A DNA stretch of 32,000 bases, taken from Desulfocapsa sulfexigens DSM 10523 (GTDB taxonomy: Bacteria; Desulfobacterota; Desulfobulbia; Desulfobulbales; Desulfocapsaceae). Below are positions 24,554 to 32,000 of the stretch, one piece after another; within the stretch, counting starts at the first letter, position 1, and each line of letters opens with the position of its first letter. Both the position numbers and the translations under genes were made by a program. The notes under the pieces are model-generated. The model was not told where the DNA came from and ran no database searches. It saw only the letters and a program-made list of their open reading frames with translations. The DNA is taken from assembly GCF_000341395.1 (NCBI RefSeq), contig NC_020304.1, forward strand, positions 1,020,001 to 1,052,000, in the 5' to 3' direction.

Positions 24554-26410
24554 ATGAAATATAGAGCCGACATAGACGGCCTTCGTGCCCTTGCCATCAT
24601 TCCTGTTGTCCTCTATCACGCAAAGGTGGGACCATTTAGCGGTGGATTTGTCGGTGTTGATATTTTCTTTGTTATTTCCGGCTATCTGATCACTCTGCTT
24701 ATCAATGAAGAGATCCGTCAGGGACGATTTACCATACTTGACTTTTATGAGCGACGGGTCAGGCGTATCTTTCCGGCACTCTTTTTCGTTATTTGCATCT
24801 GTTCCCTTATTTCGTCAATCATCCTCTTCCCCATGGCTTTTCGGGATTATGGACAAAGTGTTGTTGCTGCAACGCTCTTTGTGGCGAATATTCTTTTCGC
24901 CAAGGAAGCAGGTTATTTTGGGGCAGCCTCCGAGACAAAACCACTTCTTCACACCTGGTCTCTCTCCGTCGAAGAACAGTTTTATGTCATCTTTCCTGTC
25001 GTCCTGCTGGTGGCTCATAAATATTTCCAGGGTCGCTGGAAAATTTTTCTTTTACCTGCCGCTCTTCTCTCTCTTATCCTGAATATCTGGGCAGTTGGCC
25101 CATATCCCACGGCAACATTTTATCTTTTCCCAACACGAGCCTGGGAATTACTCCTCGGCTCATTGCTTGCTCTTGGCTTCTTCCCTGTACTTCGCAGCCA
25201 GTGGCAACGTGATATCACCTCGATTGTTGGCCTGCTGTGTATCCTGTGGTCCGTCTTTCAATTCACCAACAACACTCCTTTTCCTGGAATCAACGCCCTC
25301 ATTCCCTGTCTTGGAGCGACATTACTTATCTACTCCGGTAAGGACGGGACATCTCTTGTTGGTCGCTTCCTCGGACTTCGGCCCATTGTCTTTATCGGAC
25401 TCATTTCCTACTCACTCTATCTCTGGCACTGGCCCATAATTGTCTTTGCCAAGCATGTGTTTTTTGAAGGTTTTACCATTTACCATACACTGGCTATCCT
25501 GGCCCTGTCATTTCTAATGGCCATCTTTTCATGGCATTTTGTTGAACGTCCATTTCGTAAAAGAACCGCACTACCACATCGCAGGAATCTCTTTGCTGCA
25601 GCAACACTGATTATGGCAGTAAGTGTAATCACCGGATACATTATCCACAAAAATGATGGCTTTCCCGGAAGATTCGACAACCGCCTCGTTTCATTTACTT
25701 ACAATCTCCGTCAATACAAAATTGGAACCTGTTTTCTCGGGGAAAAGCAGCGCCACTCTGCATGGAAGGGAGAATCGTGCTTTTTACAGACGGATAAGCA
25801 GTCCAACACCCTCTTATGGGGTGATTCTTTTGCTGCCCATTATGTACCAGGCATATTGAAAAACACAGATAGCATTGACTCAAACGTGCTGCTGTACAGC
25901 CTCTCCGGCTGTGCTCCAGTATTTTCCTACGACCCACCCTTTCGAAAACAGTGCAAACAATTCTCTGCACAGATTGATCAGATTCTTACAGAGTATGATA
26001 TTTCCACAGTTGTTCTGGCAGCAGGATGGGATCTTGCACTCAAAAGCGGACTCCGCTATGAAGAGCTTGATAGCACAATCCAGTACCTTCAAAAAAAAGG
26101 GCTCAAGGTTCTTCTCATAGGTCAGAGTCCGCGCTTTGACAGAAGTGTTCAGGATATTAACAATAACTCCATAGTTGTCAGAATGCCTGCTTCCAAGAGC
26201 CTGCTCTCCATAGACATCAATGCCATTAACTCTCAATTACAGAAAATTGCGGGGCCAGGCAGTTTTGCTGATCCAAGCCAAGCCTTTTGTGAAGGACTGG
26301 TCTGTCGGTTTAAAGACGAAGACACCTTCTTTTTCTGGGATGACGGTCACATGACAACTGCCGGGAGCGACAGGGCAATCCAGTCTATCCTCTCTCAAGT
26401 GCATTTTTAA
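24554..26410 (+). CDS. Acyltransferase-3 (OafA/YrhL-type) membrane O-acyltransferase with a C-terminal SGNH-like domain
   Basis: YRADIDGLRALAIIPVVLYH, GGFVGVDIFFVISGYLIT, HTWSLSVEEQFY, SYSLYLWHWP. About 10 TMs followed by a roughly 250-aa soluble domain (LLWGDSFAAHY ... WDDGHMT). Confidence 0.85.
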   Translation: MKYRADIDGLRALAIIPVVLYHAKVGPFSGGFVGVDIFFVISGYLITLLINEEIRQGRFTILDFYERRVRRIFPALFFVICICSLISSIILFPMAFRDYGQSVVAATLFVANILFAKEAGYFGAASETKPLLHTWSLSVEEQFYVIFPVVLLVAHKYFQGRWKIFLLPAALLSLILNIWAVGPYPTATFYLFPTRAWELLLGSLLALGFFPVLRSQWQRDITSIVGLLCILWSVFQFTNNTPFPGINALIPCLGATLLIYSGKDGTSLVGRFLGLRPIVFIGLISYSLYLWHWPIIVFAKHVFFEGFTIYHTLAILALSFLMAIFSWHFVERPFRKRTALPHRRNLFAAATLIMAVSVITGYIIHKNDGFPGRFDNRLVSFTYNLRQYKIGTCFLGEKQRHSAWKGESCFLQTDKQSNTLLWGDSFAAHYVPGILKNTDSIDSNVLLYSLSGCAPVFSYDPPFRKQCKQFSAQIDQILTEYDISTVVLAAGWDLALKSGLRYEELDSTIQYLQKKGLKVLLIGQSPRFDRSVQDINNNSIVVRMPASKSLLSIDINAINSQLQKIAGPGSFADPSQAFCEGLVCRFKDEDTFFFWDDGHMTTAGSDRAIQSILSQVHF

Positions 26411-26466
26411 ACAGCACTCCCATTTATTGGGATAAAAAAAATCGCACCTTCCTGCCTGCAACCAAG

Positions 26467-27321
26467 TTATTGCAAAGAAAGCAGATAGGTTCGCAGATTC
26501 ATTGTCCGATCCTGTAATCCCAGCTTGCGACGCAGATTTTTTCGATGAAAACTGATGGTACTCACTGATACCCCTAATACATCTCCAATTTCCTGACTGC
26601 TTTTTCCAGTCCGAATCAGTGCAGCCACCTCGACCTCCTGAGGTGTCAGAAGAAGGTTGAGTGAGGAAAGCCGATTGAGAAAAGGGGAAATAATGTCATT
26701 GAGATTATTCTCCACAATATCGATCAGGGTTCGTTCCCTCGGGTTTTTGAGGGAGTTCTTCAGTTTTTCTGCGTAAGGAAGTACCAGCTCATGGATGTTG
26801 GCAGTCATTCGCTGCTCCAGATCTGCCAGTCCTCGCTCCCGGTGCTCAAGCAGTACCTTGAGGGCCACATTCACCTCCTCCAGCTTTTCACTCTTCAGTC
26901 GCAGCTCCTCCTCCTTCTGCTGCAGCTCTTCCTGGGCAAGAAAAAGAGGAGTGACATCTTCATGTACCAGCATAACCCAATGCTCTGCCTCTGAAAGATA
27001 GGGGAGTACCCGAAGGTTGAACCAGCGACGCCGGCTTGGTGAATGACAGGGATATTGAATCACAAACTCCAGGAGCTCACCAGCCAGCACCTTCTGAATG
27101 CCCACAACGACCAATTCCCCTTCCGGGTCTCCACAGGCAGTTGCAGCTTCACAGATATTCAGGTAGTTGACTCCAAGGGAATCTGTTTTCCCCTCCAGTC
27201 CATTTTCTTCTCCATACTCCTGCCATGCCCGGTTGGTCTTGACTATAACCCCTTTATCATCAAGCACCGCTACATGTGCTGACAGCGAATCAACAATGAT
27301 CTCATACATGTGATCGTTCAT
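26467..27321 (-). CDS. PAS-domain LuxR/GerE-family transcriptional regulator
   Basis: N-terminal PAS-like segment (IIVDSLSAHVAVLDDKGVIVKTNRAWQEYGEENG...WFNLRVLP...VMLVHEDVT). Coiled-coil linker (EELQQKEEELRLKSEKLEEVNVALKVLLEH). C-terminal HTH LTPQEVEVAALIRTGKSSQEIGDVLGVSVSTISFHRKNLRRKLGL. Divergent from the small-ORF operon. Confidence 0.8.
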   Translation of the reverse strand: MNDHMYEIIVDSLSAHVAVLDDKGVIVKTNRAWQEYGEENGLEGKTDSLGVNYLNICEAATACGDPEGELVVVGIQKVLAGELLEFVIQYPCHSPSRRRWFNLRVLPYLSEAEHWVMLVHEDVTPLFLAQEELQQKEEELRLKSEKLEEVNVALKVLLEHRERGLADLEQRMTANIHELVLPYAEKLKNSLKNPRERTLIDIVENNLNDIISPFLNRLSSLNLLLTPQEVEVAALIRTGKSSQEIGDVLGVSVSTISFHRKNLRRKLGLQDRTMNLRTYLLSLQ

Positions 27322-27365
27322 TGGCTCCTCATATTGATAGCTTTACCTATTATTTTTCTATCCTT

Positions 27366-27403
27366 TAACCCGTATTGCCATCCAAAGTATCACAGCTTAC
27401 AGT
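27366..27403 (+). promoter_or_regulatory. Candidate promoter of small-ORF copy 1 (TAACCC-N2-ATTG motif overlapping -35 TTGCCA, N17, TACAGT)
   Basis: TAACCC 27366..27371, TTGCCA 27375..27380, TACAGT 27398..27403. The same TAACCC-NN-ATTG arrangement, with the same 9-nt offset to the -35 element, recurs upstream of copy 2. Confidence 0.35.
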
Positions 27404-27471
27404 AAAGACAAGGTTAAATACACCTTATGGAACAAGCAACAATACAAACAATAAATAAAATGGAGACTGTT

Positions 27472-27654
27472 ATGAATAATAATACACAGAGTGGATTTGG
27501 AAATATGGTTTGGGTACGAGATAAGGACGGCAGGGAATATGCCTGTGCCGCGGATGCTCTCAAGGGAAACATCAAACACAAAGAAGAACTTTCGCCAGAA
27601 GAAAGAGCCGGCTGTATGGATGTCAGTACATTTGTAGGCACTGAACGCTGGTAA
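27472..27654 (+). CDS. Conserved 60-aa hypothetical protein, copy 1 (2 Cys, C-terminal VGTERW)
   Basis: MNNNTQSGFGNMVWVRDKDGREYACAADALKGNIKHKEELSPEERAGCMDVSTFVGTERW. GGAG lies 6 nt upstream of ATG 27472 (the track's ATG 27427 adds 15 aa). It is 41/60 identical to the ORF at 31098..31280. Nineteen of the identical residues use different codons, a coding signature in this frame. Confidence 0.75.
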   Translation: MNNNTQSGFGNMVWVRDKDGREYACAADALKGNIKHKEELSPEERAGCMDVSTFVGTERW

Positions 27655-27667
27655 AGAAGACTATCAG

Positions 27668-27703
27668 GATGAAACTCTTTTCAGATATGGAAAGAGTTTC
27701 ATC
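27668..27703 (+). promoter_or_regulatory. Perfect 13-bp stem / 10-nt loop hairpin between small ORF 1 and downstream genes (attenuator or processing/stability element; no U-tract)
   Basis: GATGAAACTCTTT tcagatatgg AAAGAGTTTCATC. It begins 14 nt after the stop codon and is followed by tcaaccat, not a T-run. Confidence 0.5.
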
Positions 27704-27712
27704 TCAACCATA

Positions 27713-27946
27713 ATGGAGAAGATCATGAATGAATGCAGCCTGAATCACTTCACAGAAAGTCTCGAACCCTGGTTGAATGCAAACTACATCCGCTCCATTG
27801 CGCTTGATAACAGTGGCAGGATTGTTTTTTCCTTCATTGACGGCGTAAGCGATGTATACCGGATAACAGATTGCAACCGATCACAGATTGAAGCAGTCTG
27901 CAGGGATCTTCAGGAAAAAGGCATAGTGGTAAAAGGTCTGGAGTAA
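27713..27946 (+). CDS. Hypothetical small protein (73-77 aa)
   Basis: Same strand, tightly packed in the operon. ATG 27725 has GGAG 6 nt upstream (MNECSLNHF...), so it may be the true start. No family recognised. Confidence 0.55.
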   Translation: MEKIMNECSLNHFTESLEPWLNANYIRSIALDNSGRIVFSFIDGVSDVYRITDCNRSQIEAVCRDLQEKGIVVKGLE

Positions 27947-27950
27947 GCAC

Positions 27951-28217
27951 ATGTCTTTAATTGATAAAAAATACGATGAGACCTTTTCCAGCATTCTTCG
28001 CTACTACGAAGAGAGGATAGATGCTGATCCCAAAGGTACACTGGTATTAGTCAATCAGGAACTGGAAAGTCAGAATATTCGCTTTGGCAATAACTGGACA
28101 GGAAGAGGGGTGGTCATGGATGCTGTGATAGCAGCCACCATCTCAGCCTTGGAAATTGTTCGTTCTGCCTGTGAGTACTCTATTGAAAATAACATTACAG
28201 AGAAGGAAAACGTATAA
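27951..28217 (+). CDS. Hypothetical small protein (88 aa)
   Basis: Starts 4 nt after the previous stop, with GGAG 7 nt upstream. Its stop lies 1 nt before the next ATG. No family recognised. Confidence 0.55.
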   Translation: MSLIDKKYDETFSSILRYYEERIDADPKGTLVLVNQELESQNIRFGNNWTGRGVVMDAVIAATISALEIVRSACEYSIENNITEKENV

Positions 28218-28218
28218 A

Positions 28219-28614
28219 ATGAATTTAGAAACCTATTTTTCAGAAATAAAGGGAATCGGAGTTATGGCCACCAGTGATAAAAACGGAGTGGTAGATACAG
28301 CAATCTACTCAAGGCCACATGTTCAGGGCAAAGATGAACTCGCATTTATTATGCGGGATCGACTTACCCACAAAAATCTTCAGGAAAACAATCATGCCAG
28401 TTATCTCTTTCTTGAAGATGGACAGGGATACAGTGGTGTACGTCTCTTTCTCAGCAAAATTGATGAAAGCAGCGATCAGGAACTGATAAGCTCACTCAGC
28501 AGACGGCACTCCAGCCCAGAAAATGACAAACAGCAGGGAGAGAAGTTTCTCGTTCGATTCAGGGTGGAGAGGGTTCTTACTCTTGTTGGCGGAAACGATG
28601 TGATTATTGAATGA
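28219..28614 (+). CDS. Pyridoxamine-5'-phosphate-oxidase-like (FMN-binding split-barrel) protein, about 131 aa
   Basis: MNLETYFSEIKGIGVMATSDKNGVVDTAIYSRPH...ELAFIMRDRLTHKNLQENNHASYLFLEDG fits the PNPOx-like/GSP26-type pattern. ATG 28219 is preceded by GAAGGA. The track's earlier start at 28156 overlaps the previous gene. Confidence 0.6.
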   Translation: MNLETYFSEIKGIGVMATSDKNGVVDTAIYSRPHVQGKDELAFIMRDRLTHKNLQENNHASYLFLEDGQGYSGVRLFLSKIDESSDQELISSLSRRHSSPENDKQQGEKFLVRFRVERVLTLVGGNDVIIE

Positions 28615-28629
28615 AACAGGGAGCAGAGC

Positions 28630-29442
28630 ATGAACAGTAATTCTCAAACATCTCTACCCTCTGCTCTTTACATCTCCCATGGTGGCGGCCCTCTTCCTCT
28701 GCTGGGAGACGTCTCCCACCGGGAGATGGTTGATGGCCTTAAGACTGTAGCGACCATTCTCCAAAGACCGGCGGCAATCATTGTGGTCAGTGCTCATTGG
28801 GAAGCTGACAAAGTAACAATTCTTGGTGGTGCAAATCCTCCCCTTCTCTTCGACTATGGTGGCTTTCCGCCAGAGGCGTATACCATTGAATATCCTGCTC
28901 CTGGTGATTCAGTGCTGGCAGGTAAAATAGTTGAACTTCTGCAAAAGGATGGCATTGAGGCAGATCTGACGGAAAACCGAGGTTTTGACCATGGTCTCTT
29001 TGTTCCTCTGAAAATCATGTACCCTGAGGCAGATATCCCATGTGTTCAAGTTTCGCTCATAAAGGGTCTACAGCCTGCCGAACATATCGCCCTTGGCAGG
29101 AGCCTTGGTGGATTAAAGGATAAAAATATCCTTGTCCTTGGCTCCGGTTTTTCATTTCACAATATGAAGGCCTTCTTTACCCCGTCCACCTCGGCTATAG
29201 AGTCAATGAATGAATCCTTTGAACAATGGTTGATGGATACCTGCACAGACGCAAATTTTACTGAAGAGGAACGGGAGCAGAGGCTTCTGCACTGGGAGAA
29301 AGCTCCCGCTGCACGTTTCTGCCATCCAAGAGAGGAGCATCTTTTGCCCTTACATGTCTGTTACGGATTTGCCGGGAAAATTGCCAGACGGAGTTTTTCC
29401 TGGCAGGTGATGGGGAAAAAGGTCAGCGCTTACTTGTGGTGA
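28630..29442 (+). CDS. Class III extradiol ring-cleavage dioxygenase, LigB/YgiD (4,5-DOPA dioxygenase) family
   Basis: The match runs along the whole length to E. coli YgiD as I recall it. Motifs: ALYISHGGGP, AIIVVSAHWE, FDYGGFPPEAY..YPAPG, GFDHGLFVPLKIMYPEADIPCVQVS, GSGFSFHN, EEHLLPL. Confidence 0.88.
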   Translation: MNSNSQTSLPSALYISHGGGPLPLLGDVSHREMVDGLKTVATILQRPAAIIVVSAHWEADKVTILGGANPPLLFDYGGFPPEAYTIEYPAPGDSVLAGKIVELLQKDGIEADLTENRGFDHGLFVPLKIMYPEADIPCVQVSLIKGLQPAEHIALGRSLGGLKDKNILVLGSGFSFHNMKAFFTPSTSAIESMNESFEQWLMDTCTDANFTEEEREQRLLHWEKAPAARFCHPREEHLLPLHVCYGFAGKIARRSFSWQVMGKKVSAYLW

Positions 29443-29496
29443 GAAGCTTCCCTATAGTATCACATAAGAATCTCAATTCTTCACAAGCAGATTAGT

Positions 29497-30960
29497 ATGC
29501 ACTCCTACGATACCATTATCATCGGTGCCGGAATTGGCGGCCTTGTCTCGGCTGCTCTGCTGGCGGCTGAAGGTAAGCAAGTTCTTGTTTTGGAACAGCA
29601 TACGAGTGTGGGGGGCTGTGCCGCAACATTCTCCCATCGTGGCTTTCGCTTCGATACTGGTGCAACCATAGGAAGTGGTTTTCAAGACAGCGGTCCCATG
29701 CAATGGCTTGCTGACAAGCTCAATCTTTGTTGGCCAACGCAGCGATTGAAGACTGCATGGGAGTATCGTGAAGGGAACACCACGCTTCTGCTTGATAAAA
29801 ATCGTCACAACCTACTGCAAAATTTTCCTGCCTCCGAATCATTCTGGAGGGAACAGGCAGATATTGCGGATCGGCTCTGGGCGGTGTCAGAAAAACTTCT
29901 CTCCCTCTATCAGCAGAGCCGGTCACAGCAGATAGCTGCACTTCTCGGTGTGCTACCGACTAAAATGTGTAGCTCAAAAATCCTCCAACTGTGTACCATG
30001 TCAGCCAAAAGCTGGCTGGAGAAACACGACCTGCACAGAGATAAAGCCTTTTGCCGATTCATCAATGCCCAGTTGTTGATTTCCGCCCAAACCACCTCTT
30101 CTTCCACTAATGCACTCTATGCTGCCATGGCCCTTGACCTGCCACGAACGTCACCATGCTCCATTGCTGGTGGTATAGGAACTATTGCGGACATGCTCGC
30201 CACGAAAATCAGGAGCCTGGGTGGACAGATGCACTGCGGTGAAAAGGCACTTTCCTTTACAGTGGATAAAGACACGATAAGTGAGGTGGTCTCCAGTAAG
30301 GCACGCTATACAGCCAGAGAAATTGTGTTTAATGGTTCCAGTGCCGGATTGTCCACTCTGCTCGGCAAAAAAATCCCCTCGACCTGGCAAACAAAAAGCC
30401 GTGCCAGGTGGGGTGCATTCATCCTCCATATTGCTGCTGGTAAAAAGATCATGGAACAACTTACCTCCTCACACCTACAGCTTGTGGATGCAGCTGCCGG
30501 GAAACTGGCCGAGGGGGCATCACTTTTTTTATCCGCCTCCCTTCCCTATGACATGACACGAGCACCAGAAGGAAAAGTTGCTCTCAGCATCTCCACCCAT
30601 ACGGCCGTTCAACCCTGGTGGGACGCCTGGAACAAGGGAAAGGATAGCTATACAGCCATGAAACGGGGGTACACGGATGAAATTCTTGCCCTGTTGGAAA
30701 GCTATGTGCCCGGATTCAAGTCCAGTATAGATTTTTGCATGGCAGGAACCCCAATTACCTACAGTCGTTACACCGGACGTCATCTTGGCCTGGTTGGAGG
30801 ATATAGCCAGAATAGCCTGATTCCGCCAAAACAGAATCACTTCGGGATAAAAAACTGCACACTGGTGGGTGATTTCACCTTTCCGGGGCAATCCATGGCT
30901 GCAGTAACGGTTGGAGCGACTTTGTCTGTGGATCGAATTTTCCGGCGACTTGAAGAGTGA
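29497..30960 (+). CDS. FAD-dependent oxidoreductase of the phytoene-desaturase/CrtI-like (amine-oxidase fold) family
   Basis: N-terminal dinucleotide-binding motif [43 protein letters not shown]-terminal [23 protein letters not shown], typical of the family. Confidence 0.8.
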   Translation: MHSYDTIIIGAGIGGLVSAALLAAEGKQVLVLEQHTSVGGCAATFSHRGFRFDTGATIGSGFQDSGPMQWLADKLNLCWPTQRLKTAWEYREGNTTLLLDKNRHNLLQNFPASESFWREQADIADRLWAVSEKLLSLYQQSRSQQIAALLGVLPTKMCSSKILQLCTMSAKSWLEKHDLHRDKAFCRFINAQLLISAQTTSSSTNALYAAMALDLPRTSPCSIAGGIGTIADMLATKIRSLGGQMHCGEKALSFTVDKDTISEVVSSKARYTAREIVFNGSSAGLSTLLGKKIPSTWQTKSRARWGAFILHIAAGKKIMEQLTSSHLQLVDAAAGKLAEGASLFLSASLPYDMTRAPEGKVALSISTHTAVQPWWDAWNKGKDSYTAMKRGYTDEILALLESYVPGFKSSIDFCMAGTPITYSRYTGRHLGLVGGYSQNSLIPPKQNHFGIKNCTLVGDFTFPGQSMAAVTVGATLSVDRIFRRLEE

Positions 30961-30971
30961 AACCTGTTAAC

Positions 30972-30993
30972 AATGACAGTATTCACTGTCATT
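30972..30993 (+). terminator. 9-bp perfect hairpin after the FAD-oxidoreductase gene (no U-tract)
   Basis: AATGACAGT attc ACTGTCATT. It begins 12 nt after the TGA at 30958..30960. Confidence 0.4.
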
Positions 30994-31004
30994 AAACTCT
31001 CTTC

Positions 31005-31041
31005 TAACCCCCATTGATTATCTCTCGTATAGGGCTATTGT
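31005..31041 (+). promoter_or_regulatory. Candidate promoter of small-ORF copy 2 (TAACCC-N2-ATTG motif, -35 TTGATT, N16, TATTGT)
   Basis: TAACCC 31005..31010, TTGATT 31014..31019, TATTGT 31036..31041. The layout and the A/C-rich leader (AGCAGCAAACGCAGTACAACCATTAAAA) are homologous to copy 1. Confidence 0.35.
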
Positions 31042-31097
31042 ATAAAGCATGAGCAGCAAACGCAGTACAACCATTAAAACTATCTAAGGAGAACATC

Positions 31098-31280
31098 ATG
31101 GCTGATAAATCAAAAAGTGGATTTGGAAATCTTGTATGGGTAAGTGACAAAGACGGTAAACAATACGCCTGTAACGTTGAGGCCCTGAAAGGGAATATCA
31201 GGACAAAAGAAGAGTTGAGCGAAGAGGAAAAAGCCAGCTGTACTGATGTTAGCACCATCGTTGGCACCGAACGCTGGTAA
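31098..31280 (+). CDS. Conserved 60-aa hypothetical protein, copy 2 (2 Cys, C-terminal VGTERW)
   Basis: MADKSKSGFGNLVWVSDKDGKQYACNVEALKGNIRTKEELSEEEKASCTDVSTIVGTERW. AAGGAG lies 6 nt upstream of the ATG. Same length and same C-terminus as copy 1. Confidence 0.8.
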   Translation: MADKSKSGFGNLVWVSDKDGKQYACNVEALKGNIRTKEELSEEEKASCTDVSTIVGTERW

Positions 31281-31361
31281 GGTCGCAGGCATACTTTTCT
31301 TTGATTTGCAGGAACAAAGCCTGAAAAACAGAAGCAAAGAGTAAGAAAATCTTTGTTTTAA

Positions 31362-31393
31362 AGGTGTTGCCTTTCAGGCAGCACCTTTTTTTT
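31362..31393 (+). terminator. Rho-independent terminator
   Basis: AGGTGTTGCC-tttca-GGCAGCACCT (10 bp including one G-U pair), followed by T8. Confidence 0.75.
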
Positions 31394-31438
31394 ATTAGCA
31401 GTACCATGGGTAATAGACACTCTGCAAGAGGATGAAAA

Positions 31439-31870
31439 ATGGAATATAATGTAAGTTCACTGACAGCATTGCAGCTTATTGTGGATAGTGGACTGCTTAT
31501 CCTGATCTGGCTTGTCCAGTTAATTATCTACCCCTCATTTCGCTATACCGAGAACAATCAATTTGTCGCCTGGCATGGCAGATACACAGCTCTGATTGGC
31601 TTGATTGTTGCTCCCCTTATGTTTAGCCAGGTAGGAGTAGAAGTTGCCTTTTTTCTGGGGCAAGATCCGAGATGGAACCGCATTCTGATCATTTTAGCAA
31701 TCTGGACAGCCACCTTCGGCCTTTCTGTTCCCTGCCACAATCGCCTGCATAGGCAAGGAAAGGAGCTGATCACCCTTAAGCGACTGGTCACAACTAACTG
31801 GATTCGAACCCTGTGTTGGAGTCTGTTATTTTTAGAAACCGTTTTAATCTCAGACGGAAACTTTTTTTAA
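31439..31870 (+). CDS. Four-TM small membrane protein (possibly DUF1772-like)
   Basis: Four hydrophobic segments (LLILIWLVQLIIYP; LIGLIVAPLMFSQVGVEVAFFL; ILIILAIWTATFGLSV; IRTLCWSLLFLETVLI). The family guess rests on size, topology and the C-terminal W..R motif only. Confidence 0.45.
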   Translation: MEYNVSSLTALQLIVDSGLLILIWLVQLIIYPSFRYTENNQFVAWHGRYTALIGLIVAPLMFSQVGVEVAFFLGQDPRWNRILIILAIWTATFGLSVPCHNRLHRQGKELITLKRLVTTNWIRTLCWSLLFLETVLISDGNFF

Positions 31871-31883
31871 TGGAGTATTCGTG

Positions 31884-32000
31884 ATGAACTCTTCCTTTCC
31901 ACGCCCAAGAGTCCTTGTCAGTCGCTGTCTTGGTTTTGCACCCTGCCGTTATGACGGAGCACAGCTTTCTTCAATGGTTGTGAAACTACTGCAGAACCAC
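31884..32000 (+). CDS. DUF523-family protein, N-terminal fragment (continues past the window)
   Basis: MNSSFPRPRVLVSRCLGFAPCRYDGAQLSS matches the DUF523 N-terminal C-x-L-G-x3-C-R-Y-D/N-G pattern. GGAG lies 8 nt upstream. Confidence 0.5.
   Translation, partial: MNSSFPRPRVLVSRCLGFAPCRYDGAQLSSMVVKLLQNH

Noticed and set aside
27414-27641. Antisense 75-aa ORF (with its counterpart 31004..31267, 87 aa) overlapping the two small peptide genes. They are also mutually similar (MPTNVLTSIQ.../MPTMVLTSVQ...).
   Set aside because: The similarity is a by-product of conservation on the + strand. Nucleotide differences fall mainly on + frame third positions (19 synonymous codon changes). The antisense ORFs differ in length, diverge after FPNPL, lack RBSs and oppose the operon direction.

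Overview
The window looks like a chromosomal segment of a Gram-negative, flagellated bacterium. Gene content and moderate GC fit an anaerobic Desulfobacterota/deltaproteobacterial lineage, but that is inference only. About 25 kb is ordinary core and signalling content. This comprises a Pho module (phoU divergent from phoB-phoR), a TMEM43-like membrane protein, an orphan flagellin with a sigma-54-type promoter, and a eukaryote-type fused 5-oxoprolinase. It also includes exported MsrAB, a translationally coupled pyrG-kdsA-kdsC-lptC block, a DUF4198 periplasmic protein and a flavodiiron-like (ODP-type) metallo-beta-lactamase-fold protein. Further genes are a solute-binding protein directly coupled to a TorS-like hybrid histidine kinase, a second convergent Cache-type hybrid kinase, trmO and an OafA-type acyltransferase. 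No rRNA, tRNA, CRISPR array, transposase or integrase was recognised. The most unusual region is 26.4-31.4 kb. There a PAS-LuxR regulator is divergent from an operon that opens with a 60-aa ORF ending in VGTERW. That ORF is followed by a perfect 13-bp hairpin, two unknown small ORFs, a PNPOx-like flavoprotein, a LigB/YgiD-type extradiol dioxygenase and a CrtI-like FAD oxidoreductase. A second 60-aa paralogue (41/60 identical) closes the cluster, with its own homologous promoter region and a rho-independent terminator. I could not match the small proteins to any family I know. I flag the cluster as a candidate undescribed system, possibly chemistry on a ribosomal peptide scaffold. That function is hypothesis, not observation.
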